From Octopus vulgaris (taxonomy: Eukaryota): DNA of 64,000 nt. The translations under genes and the position numbers were made by a program. Below the pieces are notes generated by a model. The model ran no database searches and was not told the origin of the DNA. It saw only the letters and a list, made by a program, of their open reading frames with translations. Shown here piece by piece: positions 1 to 13,163 of this stretch (within the stretch, counting starts at the first letter, position 1; every line of letters begins with the position of its first letter). The stretch is from the NCBI GenBank assembly GCA_951406725.2, contig OX597840.1:17298001-17362000 (forward strand), written 5' to 3'.

Positions 1-39
1 CGTTTCTCTATTATTAATTTTACTCATGTATCTATCTTA

Positions 40-1475
40 AAATGAGCTACTAGGTGGAGGTCTGTGCTCTCCAAGTGCTTTTCTAGTTGGAATATGAATT
101 GACTGGAGAAAGTTCAAGGAACTTTTACCTCTGTTGGTGACAAAAGGTGTTTTTCTCAGAATGAAAGGCAGGTTATATGTGCCTGTGTATGAACAGCAAT
201 GCTACTTGGCTCTGAAATTGTGAATGCAGAGGACATGCAAAGATCTGAAAGAAACAGAACAGGTATGCTCCACTGGATGTGCATGGACGACGGCACATAC
301 TTTGAGAAAAATTGGGCATAAGAAGCATCAGACATGGTATTTAGGAGAGAAGACTGTTTTGGTAGGGTTATGTGATGCAGGTGGGTGAGGACAATGGTAT
401 AAAGAAGTGCCAATTGCTAAATATGGAATGGACATGTGAAAGACGCTGACCTGCGAAGATGCGGGATGAAGTGGTGAAGGCTGCCCTAAAAACGTTGAGC
501 CTCTCAGAGTAGATGACAGAGAACCACGATGGAATGCAATATGCTGTACCTGAGAAGACCTGTCCATCTCAGCAGAATTGAAGTTCTGTCAAGCCTTCCT
601 CCACAACTCATCTTCTGACACTCACTCTTTCATCAATCTTTTGTTTCCATCAATCTTGTTTCCATCAATCTTCTGTTTCCATCAATCTTCTGTTTCCATC
701 AATCTTGTTTCCATCAATATTCTGTTTCCATCAATCTTGTTTCCATCAATCTTCTGTTTCCATCAATCTTGTTTCCATCAATCTTCTGTTTCCATCAATC
801 TTGTTTCCATCAATCTTCTGTTTCCATCAATCTTGTTTCCATCAATCTTCTGTTTCCATCAATCTTGTTTCCATCAATCTTGTTTCCATCAATCTTCTGT
901 TTCCATCAATCTTGTTTCCATCAATCTTCTGTTTCCATCAATCTTCTGTTTCCATCAATCTTCTGTTTCCATCAATCTTCTATGTTACCCTATTTCCTTC
1001 CTTCACTTCCCCCCTACACTGAACTGATACTCTCTTCATCCAACTCATTCCACATCTCTAATCATCTGTCACACTATTTTCACCTATTGCCCTTACTTTC
1101 ACATCCACCCTTACCTCTCTCCAATCCTATTCTGTCTCATCTTCACATTGTACCTGGACTTTATATCTTTCCAGGTGGGCAAAAACACCTGCTGCTCTCT
1201 CTCTCCATCATAGTTTCTTATTCCTCAAGTCTATGCTCTGCTCAGCTGATGGGGTCTTATATCTTGGGAGTATTTAGCAACCTCACCAGGGTTGATGCCA
1301 TGTAAAAAGTACTCAATACACTCTGTTAAGATGTTGGCATCAGGAAGGGCATCCAGTTGTAGAATCCATGCCAAAGCAGATGTAGAGCCCTCTCACTTAT
1401 CAGTTCTTCTCAAACCATCCAACCAATGGCTGCATGGAAAAGAGTATTAAAATGATGATGATGATGATGGTGATG
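40..1475 (+). mobile_element. Decayed RTE-clade LINE 3' portion (ORF C-terminus, 3' UTR, (GAT)n tail)
   Basis: 100-560 aligns by eye with the RTE ORF at 17510-18000 (ttacctctg-tggtgacaaa, tgtgtatgaacagcaatgcta, tggatgtg). The conserved 3' core aggaagggcatccagttgtagaa is at ~1341 and the gatgatg tail at ~1452. Confidence 0.7.
630..982. repeat. Minisatellite of mixed 15/17-bp units (ccatcaatcttgttt / ccatcaatcttctgttt)
   Basis: About 20 directly visible tandem units; they generate the spurious ORFs at 578-1305. Confidence 0.95.
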
Positions 1476-1502
1476 TGTATGTATGTATTTCTCTCTCTCT
1501 CT

Positions 1503-1544
<42 letters not shown>

Positions 1545-1559
1545 TTCTTTTATTTTTTT

Positions 1560-1734
1560 CAATCATTTTTTTCAATCACCTTTAGTCGAGCAAATCGTCC
1601 CCAGAGCTTATTTTTTGTAAGCGTAGTACTTATTCTATCGGTTTCTTTTGCCGAACCGCTAAGTTACGGGGGACATAAACACACCAGCATCAGTTGTCAA
1701 GCGATGTTGGGGAGACAAACACACACATACACAC

Positions 1735-1766
<32 letters not shown>

Positions 1767-1915
1767 GCGATGGGTTTCTTCCAGTTTCCGTCTACCAAAT
1801 CCACTCACAAGGCTTTGGTCAGCTCTAGGCTATAGTAGAAGACACTAGCCCAAGGTGCCACACAGTGGGACTGAACCCAGAACCATGTGATTGGGAAGCA
1901 AGCTATGTACCACAC
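1560..1915 (-). mobile_element. tRNA-derived SINE family A, reverse copy
   Basis: Reverse complement of the copy at 2203-2606, with internal (CA)/(TA) tract. Confidence 0.85.
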
Positions 1916-2075
1916 AATATATTTGTGAACTGTTTGTTGATTCACTTTGTACTTGTAGCAATTAAACATCTCAGACGAACTAAAATTGTACAGTCTGCTT
2001 CTGTTTATATCTGTCGTATCATATCTATTTAATATGTATGTATATTTATGTATAATATGTATGTATATATGTGTG

Positions 2076-2121
<46 letters not shown>

Positions 2122-2202
2122 GAAAGAGAGGGGGAGGAAGAGAGAAAGAGAGGGGGAGGAAGAGAGAGAGAGAAGGGGAAAGAGATATATAGACACATAG
2201 AC

Positions 2203-2606
2203 GTAGGAGTGGCTGTGTAGTAAGTAGCTTGCTTACCAACCACATGGTTCCGGGTTCAATCCCACTGCGTGTCACCTTGGGCAAGTGTCTTCTGCTATAG
2301 CCTCGGGCCGACCAATGCCTTGTGAGTGGATTTGGTAGATGGAAACTGAAAGAAGCCTGTCGTATATATATGTATATATATATGTATGTATGTGTGTGTA
2401 TATGTTTGTGTGTCTGTGTTTGTTCCCCTAGCATTGCTTGACAACCAATGCTGGTGTGTTTATGTCCCCGTCACTTAGCAGTTTGGCAAAAAGAGACCGA
2501 TAGAATAAGTACTGGGCTTACAAAGAATAAGTCCTGGGGTCGATTTGCTCGACTAAAGGCGGTGCTCCAGCATGGCCGCAGTCAAATGACTGAAACAAGT
2601 AAAGAG
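2203..2606 (+). mobile_element. tRNA-derived SINE family A, full length
   Basis: A-box-like tggctgtgtagt, B-box ggttcaatccc, caccttgggcaagtgtct core, internal (TA)(TG) microsatellite, 3' part ending cagcatggccgcagtcaaatgactgaaacaagtaaa. Many copies in the window. Confidence 0.9.
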
Positions 2607-2785
2607 CATACACACAGGTATATAAATAATTCCCTTCTCTTGGCTAATTCTAACTCACCCCCCCCCCCTACATCAAGTTTCTTTATACTTCATGCTTCTC
2701 TCTCTGCCTTTATCCATTATATTACTGGCAATACTTTAGCTGATTAATCTTGGATTAGAGTGTAGTCTAATCTAGCAATACAGCC

Positions 2786-2832
<47 letters not shown>

Positions 2833-2896
2833 AATCTGTCTATCTATCTATCTATATCTCTGTATGTATGTATGTAGCTATCCATCCATCTATCTA

Positions 2897-2957
<61 letters not shown>

Positions 2958-3079
2958 TTATCTATCTGCATATCTACATATCTGCCTTTCTACATATCTA
3001 CATATCTACCATTTCTCTTTATCTGCCTATCTACCTATCTGTCTATCTTTCTACCATATCTATCTGTCTGTCTATCTGC

Positions 3080-3162
<83 letters not shown>

Positions 3163-3186
3163 GCTATCTTTCTACCATATCTATCA

Positions 3187-3266
<80 letters not shown>

Positions 3267-3317
3267 GTCTGTCTATCTTTCTACCATATCTATCAGTCTG
3301 TCTGTCTGTCTATCTGC

Positions 3318-3391
<74 letters not shown>

Positions 3392-3482
3392 GTCTATCTT
3401 TCTACCATATCTATCAGTCTGTCTGTCTGTCTGTCTATCTGCCTATCTATCTATCTATCTATCTATCTATTTCTCTATCTAT
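2786..3482. repeat. Compound (TCTA)n/(TCTG)n microsatellite with higher-order repeat
   Basis: The spacer ctatctttctaccatatctatc recurs four times between ~3040 and ~3420. Confidence 0.9.
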
Positions 3483-3850
3483 CCACCATATCAAGTCACA
3501 GAAAAACTGAGGGTCTCATCAGATTAAACGTCCCCACACCCACTGGCCCTAACCCACATCCTACATCCCCTATCTCACATCCCAATCCCACATCCCACAT
3601 CCCACCCCAACATCCTGCACTACTTACTTACACCCTGCGGCCAATCATTAACATTAATCCTCCTTACATAAATGACCTTGCTAACGAAGAACGCAGTCGT
3701 TAAACACAGAAGATAAGCTACCCCAGACCTATCTATTCTCTCTTCTTTCACAAACTGTTTTTATTATTTTCATTTTCTCTTCCTCCCACTCACAATCCCC
3801 TCTCTCCCTCTCTCTCTCTCTTCCTCTCTCTCTTTCTCTCCCATCCTTCT

Positions 3851-3893
<43 letters not shown>

Positions 3894-4383
3894 CTTACTA
3901 TAAACACCAGACACAGTCACAAAGCATTATGAGTAATGAAACAGATTGCTTAACATTGAAGAGAGGTAAACTTGAGAAAATAGTCTGCAGGAAAATTTAT
4001 TTGAATTACTAAAATCTGTGTGTGTGTGTGTTCACAGTTTGTGTGTTTGTAAATAGTTAAATGCACATAATCTATGTATATGTGTAAGTATATATGTACA
4101 TATGAACCCTGTTGCAGACTCACGCACACACACACACACATGTATATAGTTATGGTATATTCTGTTAAGAATGTAGTAGAGTAAAGTATAAAGATCGTCC
4201 ACCTTCAGATTTCACAGTGCTACCCTGTAATATTATACATACTTCCAGATTTGCATTTGGGCTTCTGTTGTGTGTGAAGGGATCATTGAAAATATCTGGA
4301 GTCAACAGGAAGGAGTATGGTTGGACATTGAAAATAAATGTCCAATCGTACTTCTTGTAAAGTTCAAAGTTTTTCACCTATAT

Positions 4384-4951
4384 ATTAGGTCATCTAGTAT
4401 GAAATTTGTAGTAAAGTATATGGTAAACTTTGACAGCTGCTCATTTTGCATCATTATTATATTTTGACAATCTTTACTTCTTGTTAGAAAGCTGATACAT
4501 CTATTTCTTTATTCTAACTCATTTTGCACTTTATAAAGTATTTATAAATCGTTTTTTGCTATTTTTGTTCAGAGATGGATAAGTTGGAAATTCGTACAGC
4601 TTTGAAATATGAGTTCTTTCTTGGAAATACAGCACCGCAGAAAGCTCGGAATATTAACGGAATATTCCATTCTAATGTTATTACACAGCAGACAGTATGA
4701 AATTGGTTTGCAAAATTTCGTTCTGGTAACTTTGACCTCACAAATGAACAACACAGTCGACCAGAAACAAAGGTGAATAATGACGAACTGATAGCTACCG
4801 TCGAGTCAGATCCATCTCAATGTGCCCGTGAATTATCGTTGTTGTTTGGTGTTAGCAAGCAAATAATATTTACTCACATAGTTCAAATCGGTAAAGTGAA
4901 AAAGTTGGATAAGTGGGTTCCACATGAACTCAATGAAAATCAGAATCAACA
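4384..4951 (+). mobile_element. Truncated mariner (Mos1-like) transposon, 5' part
   Basis: Translates MDKLEIRTALKYEF...WFAKFRSGNFDL...DPSQCARELS...KKLDKWVPHELNE (HTH plus WVPHEL motif) with a stop. TIR-like attaggtcat at ~4384. Confidence 0.85.
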
Positions 4952-4974
4952 ATATGTATATATATATATACACG

Positions 4975-5019
<45 letters not shown>

Positions 5020-5020
5020 A

Positions 5021-5063
<43 letters not shown>

Positions 5064-5184
5064 AACTTTTTGTAAAAGTTCCTACCGTTAATGGTTATAT
5101 TTCCATACTGAAAACTACTTGGTAATAATTGTTGATTTTAAAATTAATAATTATTTACCCTTATATTATTATATACATATACAT

Positions 5185-5245
<61 letters not shown>

Positions 5246-5319
5246 CACACACGTATATATATATATACATATAGATATATATACATATATATATATGTGT
5301 ATATATATATACACAGATG

Positions 5320-6170
5320 AATTAGATACTTAAGTTGAAGCACCAAAAATTAGTGCAGTATTATCCGTACAACTTCAAAGTAAGGTGAATAAAATCAAAA
5401 TAAGCAACAGGATATCCAGAGGTGATGCAGTACGACCATTTCAAGCGGCTCCATTTAATTGAACAAAGCAATCATTACATTAATTTAAATGTAGGGCTAT
5501 CTTCAGTTGCTTAAATAAATAGAATTTTTAATCAGTTGGACACATTAATATAATTTTATTCAAATTCTCTAATAGAACAAGAAGAGGAAAAGAGTCCATG
5601 TTGCTACTAATGTAGCTAAGAATATACTGCACTTCTAAGAACTGTATGGTGTTTGTTAGGGCCATAGCTTGTAAAGGATTGTGGTTCACTTTTAATTTAT
5701 TAGTCTTTTTTTTTTATCAACGACAAAATCTAAGGCTAGAGGACAGTGTCTGTTTAGAATGGAGGGCAGGAGTGGGTTGACAGTTTATAGTTGGGTATGG
5801 TCATAAATATAGTCAGGATTTTAGGATTTGTGTCTAGGCTGGGTAGGGGAAGACCCCAAATCAAGATGTTAATTACCAGTTCAAGGGTTAAGACGCTAAT
5901 AAAACCTATGATGTTAATACAGAGGAAATTACCATGGATGATTGTATATAAACAATATTGTTATGTTGTATAAATATAAAAATCAAGATTACTAAAAATG
6001 ATGTTAAAAATAAAATAATGATTGCATTGTTCAGTTAAATGGAGCCGCTTGAAACGGTCGTACTGCATCACCTCTGGATATCCTGTTGCTAATTTTGATT
6101 TTATTCACCTTACTTAGAGTTGTATGGATAATACCGTGCTGACTTGGTGCTTCAACGTAAGTACCTAATT
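5320..6170. mobile_element. Inverted-repeat module (~155-bp arms at 5320-5477 and 6016-6170) with hammerhead motif; Penelope-like pLTR remnant
   Basis: Arms are reverse complements. Minus strand 5426-5510 reads gcaa-CTGAAGA-tagc...gctt-GAAAT-ggtc-GTA-ctgc; the right arm keeps GAAAC-ggtc-GTA. Confidence 0.7.
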
Positions 6171-6182
6171 CAACTGAATCTC

Positions 6183-6247
<65 letters not shown>

Positions 6248-6338
6248 TAATCCAAACACAAAGAGAAAACACAACAACGCGAGGACGTGAAACAAATATA
6301 GTATTATTGGACGCTCAGGAAAGATGGGAAGAAGGAGG

Positions 6339-6373
6339 GTTTTATGTTTCGAGTGGAGCTCTTCGTCAGAAAC
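6339..6373 (-). ncRNA. Minimal hammerhead ribozyme motif in a short Penelope-type repeat (~6245-6450)
   Basis: Minus strand: gttt-CTGACGA-agagctccactc-GAAAC-ATA-aaac (stem I gttt/aaac, stem II gag/ctc). Confidence 0.7.
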
Positions 6374-6939
6374 ATAGGAAAAGGAAAGATCCAGAGAAGG
6401 GAAGACGGAGGAAAATAAATCGCCAACAGTACACATGCGGTCTACATGTCTAATGATTGAAACAAATAAAAGATAAGCGAGTACTGTTAATAGGCCTGTT
6501 ACTGCAGAATTTGTTTTGATATAGAATCTCTTAAGGACTGTTAAAAACACAATAAATATCAGAGGGAGATATAAATTTCTCCTCACAGCAGCAGCTGGTG
6601 AATGTGTTGGATACATTTCAGCCTTTTTTAGGCCTTTTCAATGACGCATTCTTGCAGCTAGTCACATTTTCAGAGGAGAATTCCTCACTTTTGAAATAGG
6701 AAACAGTGAATTGATCATTTACTGATGTTGCAAACAGTCTCCTGGGTGATTAAAAGTCTGGTATACACAATTAAATATACATGCATTCATAAACACAACT
6801 CGTTAAGTGTGACAGTTTAAGGAGCTTTTACTCTTTTACAGGACATGACCACCTCTCTAAAGCTGGTGCCACAAGCAGTGCACTTAGTAACAGCTTGTAA
6901 GGTGATGATATTAGGAAGGGTGTCCAGATGAAATAACAC

Positions 6940-7350
6940 CATCATCATCATTTAACGTTCATTTTCCATGCTGGCATGGGTTGGATGACTTGACAGGAGC
7001 TGGGAAGGCCAGGCGTCACACCAGGTTTCAGAATCTGTTTTGGCTTCATTTCTACAGCTGGATGTCCTTCCTAACACCAACCACTTCACAGAGTGTACTG
7101 GGTGTTTTTTATGTGGTACCATCAAAGGTACTTTTTATGTGGCACCAGCACCAGAGCTTTTTACACAGCATCTTAGTTTTAGGATCTCGATTCTGTTGTG
7201 GTGGGTGGGTCTTCTCAAGCACAGCATTGCACCATTTATCTCAGTCCTCTGTCATCTCCGTTCTAAGGTTCAGTGTTTTGAAATCGGCCTTCAGGACTTC
7301 TTCCTGTGTATTCCTGGGTTTCCATCTTCCACAATTTCCCTCCACTTTAA
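6940..7350 (-). mobile_element. RTE LINE 3' fragment
   Basis: (ATC)n then ccatgctggcatgggttgga and ctggatgtccttcctaacacc (reverse 3' core). The reverse ORF end VEGNCGRWKPRNTQEEV is at ~7295-7347. Confidence 0.75.
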
Positions 7351-8137
7351 TAACCAGGCCAAAAATATATCCTGAGCGAGACAACATTCTCTAACCTTAA
7401 TAAGCAATACTTGCAAATGTATTCTGACAATAATTGCAATGACACCTCCAACCCATGCCAGTATGGAAAGTGAGAGTAAAACAACAATGGTGATCATGAT
7501 GAGGATAACAGGCATACAAGGTGATACGAACAGAATGGGAATATTTTATAATTTGAGAGAAATTAAAAATAACAAAAAAAAGAAAGCAAACACACACACA
7601 CACACACACACAAACACACGCACACACACACAAACACACAAAGAATATTCATTGTAAATAATGCATATACTTGAAAGTTTATCAAACTCACATTGTGTGG
7701 TGAATATGAGCACCATACCCAAAGTATTGAGCAAGCACCTCACCCTATGTTTACCCAATTGTCTTGTTTAAATACTGTCTAACAATATTATCATAATTCT
7801 ATGAAACATCAAATTAAATAAATTGCAGCTAATCTTTTTTCATTTCATCTTTAGAGCCTGTTGTGCTTTGATAAGGTGGATATAGCCAATAATTAAATGA
7901 TTTAGCATCTGAAAACAAGAACAAATAAATCTAGAAGGAAGCATATTTATGTATGTGTGTCATGCCTGTCACTAAGGTGGAGTACTGGATGGCACTGCCC
8001 CCCCCCCCCTCACTAAACAATGGTGCATCTTCAGATTTAGAAAATATAGTTTACAAAAACATTTGGCAAGAAAATAAAAAAAATTTTTAAATGACCATCC
8101 CAAAATTAATGATAGTTTACAAAAATCTTCCTGCTAT

Positions 8138-8400
8138 ATCATCATCATCATCATCATCATCGTTTAGCGTCCACTTTCCATGCTGGCATGGGTTGGACGG
8201 TTCAACTGGGGTCTGGGAAGACAGAAGGCTGCACCAGGCCCAGTCTGGTCTGGCAATGTTTCTACGGCTGGATGCCCTTCCTAACGCCAACCACTCCATG
8301 AGTGTAGTGGGTGCTTTTTACGTGCCACCAGCACAGGTGCCAGATGGGGCTGGCAAACGGCCACGATCGGATGGTGCTTTTTATCTGCCACCGGCACGGA
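8138..8400 (-). mobile_element. RTE LINE 3' end fragment between two diverged copies of a direct repeat (~8010-8137 and ~8458-8586)
   Basis: Reverse RTE 3' core with (ATC)n. The flanking cttcagatttag...gtttacaaaa...gctata is duplicated. Confidence 0.75.
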
Positions 8401-9679
8401 CATGTCTTGAAATCTGACTAACATTCCCATTGCTAAGGGGGTACCCCTTCACTAGTCAATGGTTCACCTTCAGATTTAGGAAATACAGTTTGTAAAAATA
8501 TTTCACAAGAAAATAAAATTAAAAAAAAATTAATAAAATGACCATCTCAAAATACAACAATAGTTTACAAAAATTTTCCCGCTATACAAATTAGTGCCCA
8601 TCCAGAATATTCTGAAGTACCCCCAGGCACCAGAGTCTAGCAACAGGCCTGGTGTGTGTGTGTGTGTTTTTGTGTCCATGTTTGTCCCCACCACCATTTG
8701 ACATCTAGTATTGGTCTGTTCACACCCGGGATGGGCAACTTTTCATCAACTGGGACCCCATCGTACCATTTCCAAGTGAGAGAGGGTCGCATGATAAAAC
8801 ACATATGCATGAAATAATACTTTACACTGAATTTTTTTGCAGTTCTTAATTTTATTTGTCTTAGCACGAAATTGTATTTGTCTTAGTATGAAATTAATAA
8901 CCTAGAAACTCTTTGAGGGCCACACAACATATTGAGGGTCACAGGTTACCCAAACATGGTTTACACCCTTGTAAATCAGCAGCTTGGCAAAAGAGACTAA
9001 TAGAATAATATCCTGGTTTAAAAAAAAAACAAAAGAAAACAGAAAATCGAGTACAGAGATCAATTCATTCAACCAAAATTCTTTGAGACAGTGCCCCAGC
9101 ATGGCCACAGCCTAATGACAAAAACAATTAAGTAAAAGTTTAAACAAAAGATAAAAGTGAAAGTAAAAGTCACAAACAGCCTTAATTGCCTCTCAATATG
9201 TACATATTTGAGTGTTAGCCATCATATGATGGCTGCCTTTGGAAGTATACTTTTGGCCCCAAGGGTAGTTTTGATAAAAGTTCAGTTATAATTATTGCAT
9301 GTATGCCATATACCCTGGTATTACCCAGGGTGGCAAAAGTGTAGTGATATTATGGTAGCAATTGTAATAATGGCATATTCAGTTGGGAAAGTTTGGTATA
9401 AATTCTTAAGTTAGCAAATGAACAGCTTTAAGTGATTAAAGGGACAAAAAACAAACCACATAAAAAAACAAAATAAAACAAAACAAACAAACAAAAAGTG
9501 ACTCTGCTAACGAACAGTTTCCACTGAAAAGTATCTAAGGGGAAATAGTCATTATGATAATTATTAAATATTGGAGAGCCTTTCTTTTCTGGCTACAACC
9601 AATTACTCGGTCCTCCTCCTCCTCCTCCTTGTCATCGCCACCACCACTGTCACTACCATCATCATCGTCATCATCATTG

Positions 9680-9718
<39 letters not shown>

Positions 9719-10107
9719 CCATCTGTATCTATGTCTCTTTTCCTCTCTCACGACAGTGTGTGTGTGTAGTATTCCTTTGATCATTGCCTACCACCAAGCC
9801 TAGTATATGCCCTCATCTGCCTCCTCCCCCTCCTCTGTTTCTTTTTCACTCTCACCATAGTGTGTGTGTAGGATTCCTTTCATCATTACCTGCCACCAAA
9901 CCTAGTATGTGCACTCATCCTTCACTTTTTATGTTAACTTACTCCATTATCTCTCTTTCTCTCTTTCTTTCTTTCTCTCTCTCTCTCTCTTACCCCCCCC
10001 CCATTCCTCTATGTAAAGTGTGACCAACCATCCAACCAACCAACAAACCAATTGACTGACCAACATTTACATCAGCTTTTATGATACAGAGATTACATAC
10101 ACACAGG

Positions 10108-10252
10108 TGGGGGTATGGCTGTGTGGTAAGAATCATGCTTCCCATTCACATGTGTCTGGGTTCAATCTCACTGAGGGACACCCTGGCCAGGTGCTTCTAC
10201 TCTCAAAGCCTTGTGAATGGATTTGGTAGATGGAAACTGAAAGAGATCCATC
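10108..10252 (+). mobile_element. SINE family A head
   Basis: tggctgtgtggtaag, gggttcaatctc, gccttgtgaatggatttggtagatggaaactgaa. Confidence 0.75.
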
Positions 10253-11005
10253 ATGGATGAGGAGAGCTGTGTCAAGAAGTGTTACACCCTAACAGTGGAA
10301 GGAACCCGTGGAAGAGGGAGACCCAGGAAGACATAGGATGAGGTTGTGAAGTATTACCTTTAAACATTGGGCCTCACAGAGGCAATGACAAGAGACTGAG
10401 ACCTCTGGAGTTATGCTGTGATTGAGAAGACCCGGCAAGTAAAGTGAGATCACAGCCGTAGCCTACACTAGTGTTGCATAAGCAGCCCATTTTAAAAGTA
10501 CCCTTGAATCATCAGGTGATACGCTGCCCTTGAGAAGACTTATTGAGTCAAGTAAAATAAAAAACCAAAATCAAATCAAAATCAAAATGGAAATTGTAGT
10601 TGACGCCCTATGCCAGTCCCACCTGACTGGAACCTGTACTGGTGGCACATAATAAGCACTATTCAAGCGTGAGTCGATGCCAGTCTCACCTGACTGGAAC
10701 CTGTACTGGTGGCACATAATAAGCACTATTCAAGCGTGGGTCGATGCCAGTTCCGCCTGACTGGCTTCTGTGCTGGTGGCATGTAAAGAGCACCACCCAA
10801 ATGTGGTTTATGCCAGTGCTGCTTGACTGGCTCCCATACAACTGGCATGTAAAAAGCACCCACTACACTCTTGGAGTCCTTGGTGTTAGGAAGGGCATGC
10901 TGCTGGAGAAACCTTGCCACATCAGATTGACTTGCCAGTCCCCCAATCAAATCGTCCAACCCATGTCAGCGGGAAAAACGAATGTGAAATGATGATGATG
11001 ATGAT
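10253..11005 (+). mobile_element. RTE LINE 3' portion with tandem ~63-bp UTR repeats
   Basis: MDEESCVKKCYTLTVEGTRGRGRPRKT matches the RTE C-terminus at 17814-17900. UTR repeats at 10610-10860, then 3' core and (GAT)n tail. Confidence 0.85.
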
Positions 11006-11034
11006 ATAGGTATATATATACATATACTTCCTCT

Positions 11035-11445
11035 CTCTTTTACTCTTTTACTTGTTTCAATCATTTGACTGCGGCCATGCTGGAGCACCACCTTTAGCCG
11101 AGCAAATCGACCCCATGACTTATTCTTTGTATTCCTAGTACTTATTCTATCGGGATCTTTTGCCGAACTGCTAAGTTACAGGGACGTAAACACACCAGCA
11201 CCAGTTGTCAAGCGATGTTGGGGGGTGAGGGTACAAACACAGACACACAAACACATACACATACATATATATAAACATATATACGACGGGCTTCTTTCAG
11301 TTTCCGTCCACCAAATCCACTCACAAGGCTATGGTCGGCCCGAGGCTATAGTAGAAGACACTTGCCCAAGGTGCCACACAGTGGGACTAAACCTGGAACC
11401 ATGTGGTTGGTAAGCAAGCTACTTACCACAGTCACTCCTGCGCCT
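11035..11445 (-). mobile_element. SINE family A, full-length reverse copy
   Basis: Reverse complement of 2203-2606. Confidence 0.9.
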
Positions 11446-11569
11446 ATATATACACATATACATATATTTCTATATGTATATGTGTAGGACAGCCACATTA
11501 TATATATATATAATGATAGATCGTTAGCTCCTACACGCATTTTTTTCTCTCCTTGTTTTTTTCTATGTC

Positions 11570-11605
11570 CCTTCTGTAGAAGAGCGTAGGCTCGAAACGT
11601 AAAAG
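11570..11605 (+). ncRNA. Minimal hammerhead-like motif with variant core, in a short Penelope-type repeat (~11520-11700)
   Basis: cctt-CTGTAGA-agagcgtaggctc-GAAAC-GTA-aaag. Stem II is gagc/gctc; core CUGUAGA deviates from CUGANGA. Confidence 0.55.
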
Positions 11606-11697
11606 ACTCTTTCTATTCCTGAGCGTTATACTAATACATTTGTTTGTTTGTACTCCACCTGCTTTTGCCTTTTGTTTATTTTTGTAAACTTTCCCTT

Positions 11698-11743
<46 letters not shown>

Positions 11744-11782
11744 GAACAAAAATACTGGAGAACACATACATATACATGTATA

Positions 11783-11825
<43 letters not shown>

Positions 11826-11828
11826 ATA

Positions 11829-11995
11829 GGTGCAGCCATAGCTGTGTGGTAAGAAGCTTGCTTCCTAATCACAGGGTTCCAGTTTCAGTCCCATTGCTTG
11901 GAATCTTGTGCAAGTGTCTTCTTCTATAGCCTTGGGCCGACCAAAGCCTTGTGAGTGGGTTTGGTAGATGAAAGCTGAAAGAAGCCTGTCATATT

Positions 11996-12046
<51 letters not shown>

Positions 12047-12430
12047 TTGACAACCAATGTTGGTTTGGCGAAAGTGACTGATTGAATAAAGACCAGGCTG
12101 ACAAAGAATAAGTCCAGGGAGCAATTTCTTCGACTAAAACGTGGTGCTGCAGCATGGCCACAGCCAAAATAACTGAAACAAGCAAAAGAATAAAAGAATA
12201 TATTGATGTGTGCCATTGTGTATATGCTTGTCCCCTACTACTGTTCGACAACCAATGTTGGTTTGTTTATATCCCTGTAACTTAGTTCTGAAAAAGACAT
12301 TAACAGACTAAGTACCTGGCTTTAAGAAGGATAATAAAGGATTGGGGTCAATTCATTCAATGAAACCCTTTGAAAATGGTGCTCCAACATAGCTGCAGTC
12401 CAATGGCTTGAGACAAGTAAAAGATTAAAG
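11829..12430 (+). mobile_element. SINE family A, decayed, with duplicated 3' half
   Basis: Head at 11829-11990; 3' modules at ~12045-12195 and ~12230-12425. Confidence 0.75.
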
Positions 12431-12771
12431 ATGAAAATACAATCCTCGATTATCCCTAAAATTGATGGAATGGTCAGGGTTAGAATGTCTTTAATATTAG
12501 GTCTGCTGAATCGAAAGGGTTGAGCAGAGGTTAAATAGCAACAATGACATATTCCAGGCAAGTTCCAACTTGAAACGGTTTGGCTATTGTCACCAGAACA
12601 ATACCTTGTCGTAGTCCTTTCTCTAATTTTTAATTACTCTTTGTGTTGTGGTGGGGGAGGTAGCAGTGCTGGCAGTGGCGGCGAAGGTGGCGAGGGACAC
12701 AATGGTAGTGGTGGTGGTGGTGGTGGTGGTGTGTGTAGGAGTGAGACACTACCACCACAACCACCACCACC

Positions 12772-12805
<34 letters not shown>

Positions 12806-13091
12806 CAATCATTGTTATCATCGTAATTTTGATCACTGCCAGCACCACCACTAGACACAACTACCACATCTGTCACCATCACTTACTAAAACACCTCCAG
12901 CACTACCACACCAACCAATATTTCAGTACCCAATATATACGTAATATATACATAGTTTCATACATGTGTGTATATATATATATATATATGTAAACATAGG
13001 TATACATGAAACATACACACACATACATATGTATGTATGTATGTATATATGTATGTATGTATTTATGTATGTATGTATGTATGTATGTATG

Positions 13092-13137
<46 letters not shown>

Positions 13138-13163
13138 CACACACATATATATATATATTTATA

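Noticed and set aside
4250-4356. Possible host exon (ttccag…gtaaag; ICIWASVVCEGIIENIWSQQEGVWLDIENKC)
   Set aside because: The peptide resembles the Tc1-type W-G…EGVK transposase segment, and there are no partner exons.
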